A stretch of DNA of 64,000 nucleotides, from assembly GCA_001600695.1 (NCBI GenBank), contig BCKQ01000025.1:16722-80721 (forward strand), in the 5' to 3' direction. The position numbers were made by a program, and so were the translations under genes. Under the pieces are notes generated by a model. It had not been told where the DNA came from. It saw only the letters and a list, made by a program, of their open reading frames with translations, and did no database searches. Shown here in pieces: positions 11,601 through 22,174 of the stretch; position 1 is the first letter of the stretch, and every line of letters starts with the position of its first letter. This DNA is from Ascoidea asiatica JCM 7603 (lineage: Eukaryota > Fungi > Ascomycota).

Positions 11601-12924
11601 ACATCTAGAAAAAGAATTTAATGATCTAAGTCCTAGAACAACATTTCTGAAACTTGGTACGATTAAATTACCTAAAATTAGTCCTGGGAAAGTAAATGAA
11701 AAACAAGAGAATAGTAAAAAACAAGAAAATAACAATAATATTAATAATAATAATAATAATCCAGCAACAACAAGTTGGCTTGGACTTCTTTATAGATCCG
11801 GTAAAAAATTTGCATTTGGGGATTCTTCAGATGAAGAAAATGATAATAATAATAGTAATAATAATAATGAAAGTTTAAATGAAATATCCAATAAAGAAAG
11901 TGAAAAGATCATTTCAGGAAGATCATTTAGTTTTGATAGATCACCTAATAAAACTAGTTCTGAAATATTTATAAATGACAATTCATTTGCTTTAAAAGAT
12001 CCATTTGTTGTGAAACCATTAAGATCAAAAACGAGTCCAATTTCAGATGAAGATTTTAGTATGCGAACACCAAAAATTATTCATCAACCTAGTAAAAGTT
12101 TTACAACAATGTCATTAAATGGCCCATCACCTATACGTATAAGAAGAGGTCTGACAAATGATTTAGGACCTATGGGAACTTCAAATAGAAAACAACAACT
12201 TCGTCATAATAAGGAAAGAAAAAAATTTAATCAAAGTTATGAATTTTTAGGTATGAATGAAGAAGAAATTCCAAAAAATAGGAATAGTGTTATGAGATCT
12301 AATTCAACAGTAAGTTTAAGTAGAAAATTAACTGGACAATCGGGATTAAGTGGTTTATTTAGTAAATCTCATACACCATCATTAGGTGGAGATAAAGTTC
12401 TTGAGAATCCAGGAAAAAATTCAAGTTCGGATATAATTTTAGAAGAAGATGATGATTTACATTATTTATCATATGAATATCCAGTTGGAGCAAGAGGAGT
12501 ATCAGTAGTTCCTGCAAATAGAATTAATAAGAATAGAAATTCAGAACAATATGATAAAAATCAATTAATTGAAAAAAATATGAAAAGAAGTAGTCATCCA
12601 AGTAGACTAAAATCAATAAAAAAGGGTTTAAAAATATTTTCAATATCTGGTCATGGAAGAAAAAGTTCTGGTGATCATACTAGTTTCATAGATTCTCCTG
12701 AAATATATTCCAGAACAAATAATTTTAGTAGTTTAAATGATCTTGATAGAGTTAAAAGAAAACTGCATAGAGGATCAGAAGATTTTTCACCTTCAAGCTA
12801 TTTAAGACATTCAGCACATAATAATATCAATTATTTAGTTAATTCTCAATTAAAAAAGATCAGAAATAATAATGTTTATACTTCCTATGCGGATGAACCA
12901 GTAACAATTCCAACTATTCATTAA
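8602..12924 (+). CDS. TB2/DP1/HVA22 (REEP/Yop1/Atg40-like) domain protein with >1000 aa low-complexity tail
   Basis: N-terminal FPTILSIKIL...SWIKY...FKIFLIIWLFSPYFQGYIYIF resembles the REEP/HVA22 domain; the remainder is Asn/Ser-rich and disordered. Confidence 0.65.
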   Translation: MIINLNNLLSYIQNLSSYIQNLPIINNLLTDININININTNIDKLINLIKLLINISIFFITFIFPTILSIKILNYNNLSLLKSWIKYLSILSIFNSINNENFNSFKNFIFFKIFLIIWLFSPYFQGYIYIFNNLFLNNFTKKDKNRNKNKNKNTNKFIFIIDLIFDNFLKFIHISLLFITKNILLNLPIIKNLNSTIYFNEILLNINQFINLNNFNSSIINKTTNNNNNNNQNNNNQNNNKNNQISISINQSNQSNSYNPKINSNDPSEQFFTSLNNSNNSNNSLSSLNNSLNNSSNLIKYNDKNIYLNYFLILHNEKLSYSLILDSLLNGFNLLLFKPILNIFKILKFIINYFINYLFLLYNNSKTSTISNTNSNTHSNIINNNNINNNRRNFSNYTLSSNKSQTIIKDNSSNSSNLNSSISNSNSNSALTSNTISSSLPNLSIYNTNINNNSNNNNRYSIPQIQINNKSTSINNSNIKNTNSNSLSNLNQLNQLNQLNDNSTTSLSFLKKIARSRSRSKSKSKANLSDYNDFITNLNNNNNNNNSNNNNVITNTSPNNNINQLINKKARSNSTISYDNNLIPGSGSGSNSGTRISEIIENNIIGSDRRNSFKDFLKRTSSIISNKGTKQTSPTLTPDSSNVNLYSLNPITITNNLNDYLGSMNNNNNNNLNQSQDKLKPENENNNVSSPTLSIKPTTRSQRQYSSTSTIMPLLNDNYSPIKNLKNSNNSNIPDKSNSNSKVLSTTNNHFHSDDILNNPRRNSNLSIDTSLTNKSNPSGQAQYQQFLTNLNNKNITNRIQQGRKRGLTNSSSIYVTHDLYNGAELDKPEIYDKEGNMKKNTISDLNNDKEKNEIINNNNSENGNKEVLKEKARNNSYHALIDSNDPPSSLSTNGSDSIHGNDENKYNSQVHHTHNNINNNPRRQKSSSFNFGAVENKNTLTPLKGNHLETLSSSALDLQENKKVSELSFKKTNSHTRNSSVLNLIQRKNSNKPDIVTPTHLEKEFNDLSPRTTFLKLGTIKLPKISPGKVNEKQENSKKQENNNNINNNNNNPATTSWLGLLYRSGKKFAFGDSSDEENDNNNSNNNNESLNEISNKESEKIISGRSFSFDRSPNKTSSEIFINDNSFALKDPFVVKPLRSKTSPISDEDFSMRTPKIIHQPSKSFTTMSLNGPSPIRIRRGLTNDLGPMGTSNRKQQLRHNKERKKFNQSYEFLGMNEEEIPKNRNSVMRSNSTVSLSRKLTGQSGLSGLFSKSHTPSLGGDKVLENPGKNSSSDIILEEDDDLHYLSYEYPVGARGVSVVPANRINKNRNSEQYDKNQLIEKNMKRSSHPSRLKSIKKGLKIFSISGHGRKSSGDHTSFIDSPEIYSRTNNFSSLNDLDRVKRKLHRGSEDFSPSSYLRHSAHNNINYLVNSQLKKIRNNNVYTSYADEPVTIPTIH

Positions 12925-13569
12925 TTCTCTTTTACATTTGTTTATCTTATTTACTTCTTTTTCCGTTCATGGGGCTGTTGAACATTTAATCAATTTTATC
13001 CATAGTTATTTTGCTTCACTTTCATTCATATTTTTTTTTATTTTTATTTTCATCTTTATTTTTATTTTTATCTTTATTTTTATTTTTAATTTCAATTTCT
13101 ATTTAGATTTCAATTTCAAAATTAATATTTGATGTTTTGTTTCATTTTTTGAATTTTTTAATATTTTGGATTTTATGATTTTTTTTCTTCTCTTTTATTT
13201 TCAGATTATTATTCGAATAGTTTCTGTTCTCGTTCAAGTTTTTCATAATTATAGTTCTTAAAAGTTTTCCAACAAAGTCTCGTAAATAAATAATTAATAG
13301 TAATAAACAATAGACTTTACAATTCCGGATATTATAATTTGTAAATAGAATTGTTAATTGATTTCTTAACTTTGCAAATGTCAATTGAAAATGAATACTT
13401 TATGAGTTTTTAGCTTCTTTAAAAACTAAAAAAATTGCCATTTTTATATTTCATGAAGTACAAAAACAAAGCGAAACCAACAGAAGTTCTGTTTTTAAAG
13501 GGGAAACTCATAAAATTATCAAATATGATAAGGGCAAATCTGTACTGTTTGAAAGGGGATTTTCATAGT

Positions 13570-13594
13570 CCCAAAGTGGTAAAAGGTAAACAAA
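13570..13594 (+). promoter_or_regulatory. Mcm1-Forkhead composite element (CLB2-cluster, G2/M)
   Basis: CC-CAAAGT-GG-TAA-AAG-GTAAACAAA, with the same CC(N6)GG to GTAAACAA spacing as the SWI5 UAS; extra RTAAAYA sites near 13282 and 13303. Confidence 0.7.
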
Positions 13595-13851
13595 CAACAG
13601 CTTTTCTTGGGAAAAAGCCAAAAGAAATCAAATTTTAAATCATTTTTTAAGCTGTGACTTTAAAAGAAAAGAGGTTTTTGGGGCTTGAGACTTGAAGATT
13701 CGATTAAAAAGAACTGGAACTGAAAGAAAAATATTTGCTTGTCAATTATAAAATATCTTCTGGGAACTCTTGTTTTGTATTTCTGAATAATAATTGAAGT
13801 AAAAGAAAGAAAAATAGACAGACTACTTGAATAATTATAATAATAATCAAA

Positions 13852-16073
13852 ATGGTGAATCTGCTCAAAGACTCAAAAAAGCCAAGTTTATATCCTGAAA
13901 TTAAACCAGATATAGGTAAAATAAGAGCAAACCTATCTCCAATTGTAAGTTTATTTGATCAATTCTTTTATTTCAAAAAGGAATTCTTAAAACCAATAGA
14001 AATTTCAATTACTAACATTACTTTAAATCAAATCAAATTCTAATTATTCTTCTTTTTTTTTAGAGAAAATCCCCAAGTCAATTATTAGATAAAAATGGAG
14101 ATCCAATTGGTATAAATAAACCTCCAGAAAGGAAGCTTTCTCCATTCAAGAAAAGTACAAGAATACTTAGAGCTACTCCTCAAAAACTGATTCTTGATAA
14201 TCGATTCACTAATAATGGAAATGATAAATCATCATCATTAATTGAAAATTTTACATCACCTACATCATCATCTAAAATACCAATTTCACAAAATCCTGAA
14301 AAAAATTCATTATTTGATAGAAATATTCAAAGATCAATGTCAAATTCAAATAATATTAATTCATCATCATTTAGAAATTATATTGGAACACCTTCAAGAA
14401 ATCAAAATTCCTTTAATGATTTTAGATTATCTAGATTTTCAAGAACTCCACAAAGTGAATCAAAATTGACTAGTAAATTCAGTTCAAGAAATAGATTTAT
14501 ATTATCATCAAATATATCATCAGCAAATATTCAAAGATTAAGATCAAATTTAAATAAAAATAAAGAAATGTCAAAAAGTGAGTTATCTCATAGTCAACAA
14601 TTATTAGATCTTTCACCAATTAGATCAACAAAAAATAAACTAAATGAATTAAATTTTCAAACTGCTACAGCCAATTCTTCAATATCTTCAAATAATTATT
14701 CCAATATTAATCTTAATAACAATGATAATAATACCAATAATCTTTTATCAAAGTTAAAAGATTTAAGACCTTCAAACATTAACAAAATAGATAAAAAAGA
14801 AAATGCCATTCAAGTAAATAGTGATAATGATCATGATAATGATAATGATAAGGAAAACAATAATGATAATGATAATCAACATAGAAAACGATTATCATAT
14901 AGTTTACCAACAGCTTCATCATTGAAGAAAATATCTTTAAATTCGAATAAAAATGAAGATCATAATAGTAATTTGACAAATGAATCTTCTCCAACACAAT
15001 CATCTTCGGATTCTAACATGAATTTAGCATCTTCAACAAGTATGACAACTGTATCTAGTATGACTAATTCAAATTCCGATTCTAAAAGTCGTAAAACATT
15101 AAAATCATGTTTAAAACCAATAAATAGTGATTTTAGTTCAAAAAGTGAAAGCCAATCACCAGAAAAAGGAATTGAATTATCAAGGAATTTTCAAATTAAT
15201 GATATTTTTAATTATTCTGTACCAGGAAGTTTTATGTCAACTATGAAAGAAAATAAATTTAATGAAGATACCACTGATGATGATACTAATACTACTAATA
15301 ATAATAATAATAATAACCAAAGAAATAATAGCAATAATAGTGATAATGACAGTTCGTCATCAAGTGAATCTAATGAAAAAAATAAGAAAAGAAAATCAGT
15401 TACATTTGATTCAACAATTGAAGAATTAAATGAAGACAATTCCATTAGTACAAGTAAAAAAACCAAATTTAATGATATTGATAATTATAATGATAATGAT
15501 AACAATACTGAAGAAATAGAATCATCAATAATTGGAACTAGAGATTTAAACTTTAATGGATTTAATAATAATAATAATAATAATAATAATAGTTTAGGAA
15601 AAATTAATGGTAGTAAAAGTTCATATATAAATGAAAAATTAAAATTAAAAATGTATCTTTCACCAAAATTGAAAAAAACTAAAATTAATTTTATGAGTCT
15701 TGATAGTTTAAATAATATTGAAATGAAAAATTTTAATAGAGTCAATAGTAATATTATGAATAATGATATGAATAATGAAGATAATAAAAAAGATGAAAAT
15801 AATAAAATAAAAGATGATAAAGAAAATGAAAAAGAAAAAGATAAAGGATCTGATAGGATTGAGAAGATTAATAATAAGAATATTAAAAATATTAAAAATA
15901 GTTTAAGTAATAATATTAATGAGATTAGAATTGAATCTAAATTAAATCATTTAATACGACAATGTTGTTCTAATGCTAAAAGTTTGGAAGTTATGAGTGA
16001 GGAAATTAATAATTTATATGGTAAACAACAAGATATAATAAAGGAGATTAAAGAATTGAAGGACTTATTATAA
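13852..16073 (+). CDS. Spliced (13852-13944 + 14064-16073, 700 aa) putative mitotic PP1-docking coiled-coil protein, Fin1-like
   Basis: Intron 13945-14063 (GTAAGT, TACTAAC 14010-14016, poly-T, TAG) joins ORF 13852 in frame to ORF 14337. Many S/T-P-x-K/R sites, LKSCLK and KRKSVTF motifs, C-terminal coiled coil. Gene structure is confident; Fin1 identity is tentative. Confidence 0.75.
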
Positions 16074-16191
16074 TAGTTTTGTGTTTTATGTTTTTATTTT
16101 ATATTTTGGATTTTGTTTTGTTTTTGTTTTTGTTTTTTTTCTTTTCTTATAATCTTATACCTATTGATACCCTTATTTTGTTTTACATGAT

Positions 16192-16227
<36 letters not shown>

Positions 16228-16236
16228 AATATATTA

Positions 16237-16965
16237 TTACTTTTTAGATTTTAATTTTCTTTTTTCCAAAGGTAATTTTAATTTTTTTTCAACTACAGGT
16301 AATGAAGATTTTGAATTTTGAATTTCATTTTTAGCTTTAACTTTCTTAGATAATTGAAAAATATAAGCTTTAAATTGATTTGAATAAGTTGATTTTAATT
16401 TATTTTGAATTGCAAATTCAAATTCTTTTTCAATACAATATAATTTTGGAGTTTTATGATTTGGATATAAATTTATAAATTGTTTATAAAATTGTTTTAA
16501 TAAATTTAATCTAATTGAAATTGGTGGTAAATTTTTTATATTTTGAATTTTTGGTACTAAATATACATTATCTTGAATTTTAATTTTTTTCAATGGTTTT
16601 TTTAATGTTTCTTTTAAATCATTTGAATTATTTTCAATACTTTTTCTCTTAGATATACTATTATTAATGGTATTAGTTATTGTTGTATTATTAGTATTAT
16701 TAGTATTATTAGTAATAGTATTTGTTGAAAAATTTGAATATAAATTTAAATTTTTTAAATTTTTAATTTCTTTCTCTTTTAAAAATTTTTTAATTTTTAT
16801 ATCTGTTTTTATCTTTTTTTCAGTAATTTGATTAATTTCATTAACCCAAAATCCATTAAAAGAATTTAAATTAATTTCATGAGAAAATAAACAATTTGCT
16901 AAAGTACATTTTTCTTGTGCAGGACATGGATAATCTTTAAAATAATCTAATTTTGTTTTAAACAT
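16237..16965 (-). CDS. Protein resembling only the N-terminal part of RNA exonuclease Rex3; no nuclease domain
   Basis: CPAQEKCTLANCLFSH Cys/His knuckle and LVPK...PPISIRLNLLKQFYKQF...EFEFA..KSTYSN resemble fungal Rex3 N-termini; ORF ends at 242 aa. Confidence 0.6.
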   Translation of the reverse strand: MFKTKLDYFKDYPCPAQEKCTLANCLFSHEINLNSFNGFWVNEINQITEKKIKTDIKIKKFLKEKEIKNLKNLNLYSNFSTNTITNNTNNTNNTTITNTINNSISKRKSIENNSNDLKETLKKPLKKIKIQDNVYLVPKIQNIKNLPPISIRLNLLKQFYKQFINLYPNHKTPKLYCIEKEFEFAIQNKLKSTYSNQFKAYIFQLSKKVKAKNEIQNSKSSLPVVEKKLKLPLEKRKLKSKK

Positions 16966-17534
16966 TTATGAGAAAGATATCATTATTTTTGAATGCTTGT
17001 TTTTGAGTGATGGATTGATTGATATGGCTAGTTTTGGATAGCAAAAGTCCAGAGATTGAAATTAGTGAAGATTATAAAAATAGTTAAGCAAGATTTGATA
17101 GATGATTAGATATTAAAGTGAATTAATTTAATAGTTTCATGGACCTTCATATATTCTTTTATATTTAAAGGTATCTGATCAAAATAAATAAATGTTTATT
17201 CTTTTGTAGTTTCTCAAAGCACTTCAAAAGTTCCAAAAACAAAAAGCAAAAGGAGACCAGATTTGAGGATGTCCTTAATTTTCTTTTTTAAACATTAATT
17301 TCCGAGCAGAAAGTCACGATACCACAAAATCCGGGTTTGTCCTGAAACTGCAATCATTGTCCTGTATAACACTGCTTACTGTCCTGTCCCTGCGGACTTT
17401 GTTTTGAAAGTTGCGCACGGCCCAAACGAAAGCAAAAAACGAATACAAAAAATGAAAATAAAAATAAAAATTTGAGACTCTTTCAAAATTTCATCGAATT
17501 TTGAGATTTTGAAGGTTTTCGACTTTTTTGCTTT

Positions 17535-17594
17535 TTTGCTTTGCTTTGCTTTGCTTTGCTTTGCTTTGCTTTGCTTTGCTTTGCTTTGCTTTGC
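17535..17594. repeat. (TTTGC)12 microsatellite in the IMD promoter
   Basis: Direct reading of tandem pentamer. Confidence 0.95.
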
Positions 17595-17605
17595 TCGTTG
17601 CACGT

Positions 17606-17709
17606 TGAAAAATTTTTTTTTTTTTTTCAATGAGGTCCAAATCAGCTTTGACCTAGAAAATATTGTGTTTGTAGTAGTAGAGCCAGTACTAAAAATAAAG
17701 GTATATAAA
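17606..17709 (+). promoter_or_regulatory. RRPE element, poly(dT) tract and TATA box of the IMD gene
   Basis: TGAAAAATTTTT at 17606, T-run to about 17627, TATATAAA at 17702-17709. Confidence 0.55.
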
Positions 17710-17904
17710 CCTGGTTCAGTCTCTGTATTTTAGCTATGCCTTAATTTTTATTTTCCTTTTCTTTTTTTTGGCAAACACTGCCCTTACAATTTGCCATAAT
17801 CTTCTCTGTTCTTTATCTATTTCAATCTATATTATAATATATAATATAGAATATATTATATACCTTATCATATAATACTTTTATATCAATATCACAACTG
17901 AAAC

Positions 17905-19746
17905 ATGTCATACTTGGATTGTTCAAAAGCTGAAGATTATTTATCTTCATATCCTGAAAATGATGGTCTTGATGTTAAAACTTTAATGGATTCTAAAGTT
18001 AGAGGAGGTTTAACATATAATGATTTTTTAATATTACCTGGAAAAATAGATTTTCCTGCAAGTATAGTTTCATTAGATTCAAAATTAACAAAAAAAATTA
18101 CTTTAAAAGCTCCATTTGTTTCATCACCTATGGATACTGTTACTGAAAGTGAAATGGCAATTCATATGGCTTTATTAGGTGGTATAGGTATTATTCATCA
18201 TAATTGTACACCTGATGAACAAGCAGAAATGGTTAAAAAAGTTAAAAGATATGAAAATGGTTTTATTTCTGATCCTGTTGTTGTTTCTCCAGATTTAACA
18301 ATTGGTGATATTAGAAAATTAAAAGAAAAATTAGGATTTTGTGGATTTCCTGTTACTGGTAAGTTTTTTTTTTTAAATTTACATTTTTTCATTCTATTGA
18401 TTATTGTTTTACTTTTCTTCTTTTCATGATGATTTTTTTAAAATTTATTAACTTTCGTTCTTCCGACTGTTGTGAACAAACGTTCTTGTGGATATTTATT
18501 ATTTCTGATCTTATTCTTACTTTAAACTCATTATCATTACCAATATCAATTTCAATTTCAATTTCAAATTCATTTACTTCCTTCATATTATAATTCATAC
18601 TAACTAGTACTTTTTTATATTATTATTAAAGAAAATGGTGAATTTCCTGGAAAATTATTAGGTATAATTACCGCAAGAGATATTTCATTTCATGAAAATG
18701 ATTTAACAAAAGTTTCTGAAATTATGACAACTGATATAATTCTGGCAAAAAAGGGTATTGATTTACATCAAGGTAATGAAATTTTAAGAAAATCAAAAAA
18801 GGGTAAATTACCAATTGTTGATAAAAATCATAATTTAGTTTCTTTATTATCAAGAACTGATCTTATGAAAAATTTAAATTATCCAAATGCTTCAAAATCA
18901 AATGAAACTAAACAATTATTATGTGGTGCAGCAATTGGTACTTTAGATTCTGATAAATTAAGATTATCTAAATTAGTTGATGCTGGTTTAGATGTTGTAG
19001 TTTTAGATTCTTCTCAAGGTAATTCAACTTTTCAATTAAATATGATAAAATTTATTAAATCAAATTATCCAAATTTACAAATTATTGGTGGTAATGTTGT
19101 AACCAGAGAACAAGCTGCTTCTTTAATTCAAGCTGGTGTTGATGGTTTAAGAATTGGTATGGGTTCTGGTTCAATTTGTATAACTCAAGAAGTTATGGCT
19201 TGTGGTAGACCTCAAGGTACTGCAGTTTATAATGTTTGTGAATTTGCTTCAAAATTTGGTATACCATGTATGGCTGATGGTGGTATTCAAAATATTGGTC
19301 ATATGACAAAGGCTATAGCTTTAGGTGCTTCAACTTGTATGATGGGTGGTATGTTGGCTGGTACAACTGAATCTCCTGGTAATTATTTTTATAGAGATGG
19401 TAAACGTTTAAAAACTTATAGAGGTATGGGTTCAATTGATGCTATGCAAAAGACTTCAGAATCTGCAAATGCTTCAACTTCTCGTTATTTCTCTGAAGGT
19501 GATAAAGTTTTAGTTGCTCAAGGTGTTTCTGGTTCAGTTGTTGATAAAGGTTCTGTTAAAAAGTATATTCCATATTTATTCAATGGTTTACAACATTCTT
19601 GTCAAGATATTGGTTCTCATTCATTAGTTGAATTAAGAGAAAAAGTTGATTTAGGTATTGTAAGATTTGAATTTAGAACTCCATCTGCTCAACTTGAAGG
19701 TGGTGTACATAATTTACATTCATATAGTAAACGTTTATATAATTAA
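17905..19746 (+). CDS. IMD4: IMP dehydrogenase, spliced (17905-18358 + 18632-19746, 522 aa)
   Basis: [21 protein letters not shown], catalytic [12 protein letters not shown]. Intron 18359-18631 (GTAAGT, TACTAAC 18598, AAG) restores [15 protein letters not shown] is the mycophenolate-sensitive type. Confidence 0.97.
18422..18510 (+). ncRNA. snR54: Intronic box C/D snoRNA, snR54 homolog (guides 18S Am974)
   Basis: Box C ATGATGA at 18426-18432; guide TAACTTTCGTTCTT complementary to 18S AAGAACGAAAGTTA; D' CCGA at 18463-18466; box D CTGA at 18505-18508. S. cerevisiae snR54 lies in the IMD4 intron. Confidence 0.9.
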
Positions 19747-21915
19747 AAAAATAATTCAATAAAAAATCAATTTCAAAACTAATATTAATTAGTTTTTTCT
19801 GCTCACATCCTCAATAATAAACTCTTTTAATTTCTTCAATTCTATTAGTGGTGGTAACTTCATAAATAGTTTAATTTAATGTAATCCTCGTAATTTGCAT
19901 TCATTGACTGTTATATTGAAATTATCAAAGAACAGTTCAATGGTATAATTTAAATTCAAATAGTCAATAACTATTCAAAAAACATAATAATTTTATAGAT
20001 TTACATCTAGTTAAAAAATAATTAATTACTGATTGAAGTTTAAAACTTCAAAATACAATAAGCTACGATAGAAAAGTTATTTCAAAATAATTTTAATTTA
20101 TTAAAATACTAAAAAAAATTTAAAACAAACTACGTAAAACAAACATTTGAAAACAAGATCAGAAAGAAAACCAAACTGTAAAAGAAATGTTAGAATTGAA
20201 TTCATCTAAATCATTAAAAAATGAATATATTTGAAATTAAATTTTATAATAAATCAGGCCACGCCCTGTCACAGGCATAATATCATCAAGGTTCGAGGCT
20301 AACAACCTCAAACACAGTAGACCGTCGTGAATTGTGGTAAAATAACATCATTTAAATATTATAATTATTTAATCTCAATGAAAAAAAAAGAGGAAAACAA
20401 ACATACCTTATTAAGTTTGTTACTCAATATGAATTAAAGAATTTCAATTATGCAAAATTGTATTGAAAAACTAATTAAAGTTAGTATTAAAACTTTTTGG
20501 AGTATTCCCAATATTAAATATTATATAAAGTTTGAATCAGACGTATATCCATTTATCTTCCTTTATAGTCAGACATATGCTTGTCTATTCTGGTTTATTA
20601 ATCATCATTTAGCAACTTTATAATAAGAATAAGGATTTGAAAATTGACTTCTAATTAAAAAAAAGTTAGTTAATTGTTTTAATGAAAGGGAAATTAGTTG
20701 ATTATAATACAATTTCAATTATAATTGGATATTAATGTCAGAAAGGCATGAATGGTTAAAATAAAGGTTGTCATCAATAAGATTACCTTAATTATGACTC
20801 GTCATCTAAAATATGGGTATCATCATAAAAAATTAATTGAAATATTGTATAATTGAATTTGTAATAATAATTTAATTCTTGAAAGAGGATATAAACTTAC
20901 ACATTAATATATTAAAATTAAATATAATACAAAAGTTATAATAGAAACTTAATTAAAAGAAACATAAGTTAGATATTTGGTTGATTTAAATATTGAATTT
21001 GAATTATATTTTTTTCTTTATCAATTAAATGGTTAGATAAATTAAATTAAAGATCAGATAAAATGGGTTTCTGAGGCCCAAGAAAGCATTGTCACTCATA
21101 GATATTATATCAGTGCCCAGTGCATATATCATCATTAAAATTAATATTACTAATAATAAAGGATAATAACTGATTTTAAAATATAATAAGATATAATAAA
21201 TAAGAAATAATTACCTATTGATATAAAATAATTGAAGTTAGTTATTTGTTTTATTGCAAAATAAATTATTGAAATGATTATAGATTCATTTTCTTTAAAA
21301 TTGAATGAAATGAATTAATATCAGTATAAACGTTAGTCCATCATTGAAAATCAGCCAGTAATTCCAGCTTTTGTTTTATTAATCATCATATTATTAATTC
21401 AAATCATTAATTTTAAAAAGAAGAATCTTTAATTATCTAAAATTGATTTAAACGTACCCTTTAGAAAAAGAAAGAAAGATTAAGATACTCCATAATGATC
21501 ATTAAAATTCAAAGGAACAAAAATGAGAAAACTGAATAAAGAAAATAAATTGAAGTTAGTTATTGATTCTATTATGAATTAAACTTGTAATTGATATTAT
21601 TTTTTATTATTCTATTGTTTAATGACATTCAGATATTGCAAATAAAATCATATACTGAGTATCATATACTCTAGTTTGTTAATTAAAGAAATCATCACTA
21701 CCTAACAGGCAAACAGGATAATATATATCACTTAAACTAGTTAAACATACTCATTTGTTATTCATCTTCATTTCAATGAACCATTGATTGAATTGTTATA
21801 TGATTATCATTGCAATCGATTACTTATTTTAATTAAATAATATATTCTTCTTCTTAAATTTATTCAATTTCACTTCGTCTTAAATACTGCAATTATCGCC
21901 CAGGTTGAAAAAGAA

Positions 21916-22006
21916 TGAAAAATTTTCCAGGCGGAGGCAAAAACTTGAAGAATTCTTAGGGCAGTGCGTGCGGGTAACTGAAGTTCGAGTTAGGGCTTTA
22001 ACGCGT
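21916..22006. promoter_or_regulatory. NUP120 promoter: RRPE, Reb1-like, TTAGGG and MCB sites
   Basis: TGAAAAATTTT at 21916, CGGGTAA at 21971-21977, two TTAGGGC, ACGCGT at 22001-22006, in a GC-rich island. Confidence 0.5.
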
Positions 22007-22174
22007 GGAAAGTAAACAAACACAAAAATGAATAAAATGAAATAAAATAAAGATTTAATTAAATTGAATTGATTGAATAGAATCAATAGATGTAACAGAT
22101 GCAATAAAGGAGGAAGTAGAAGAATAAGAAGAACACCAACATCAATTACTGGATAAGATATATACCACTCTGCA

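Noticed and set aside
12938-13638. ORFs 12938-13132, 13142-13384 and 13435-13638
   Set aside because: Non-ATG starts; terminator microsatellite or promoter sequence
17376-17733. ORFs with AKQSK / LLCFA repeats
   Set aside because: Artefacts of the (TTTGC)n microsatellite
20255-20305. tRNA-Asp-like CTGTCAC loop with B-box-like GGTTCGAGGC
   Set aside because: Anticodon, T and acceptor stems do not pair; no cloverleaf
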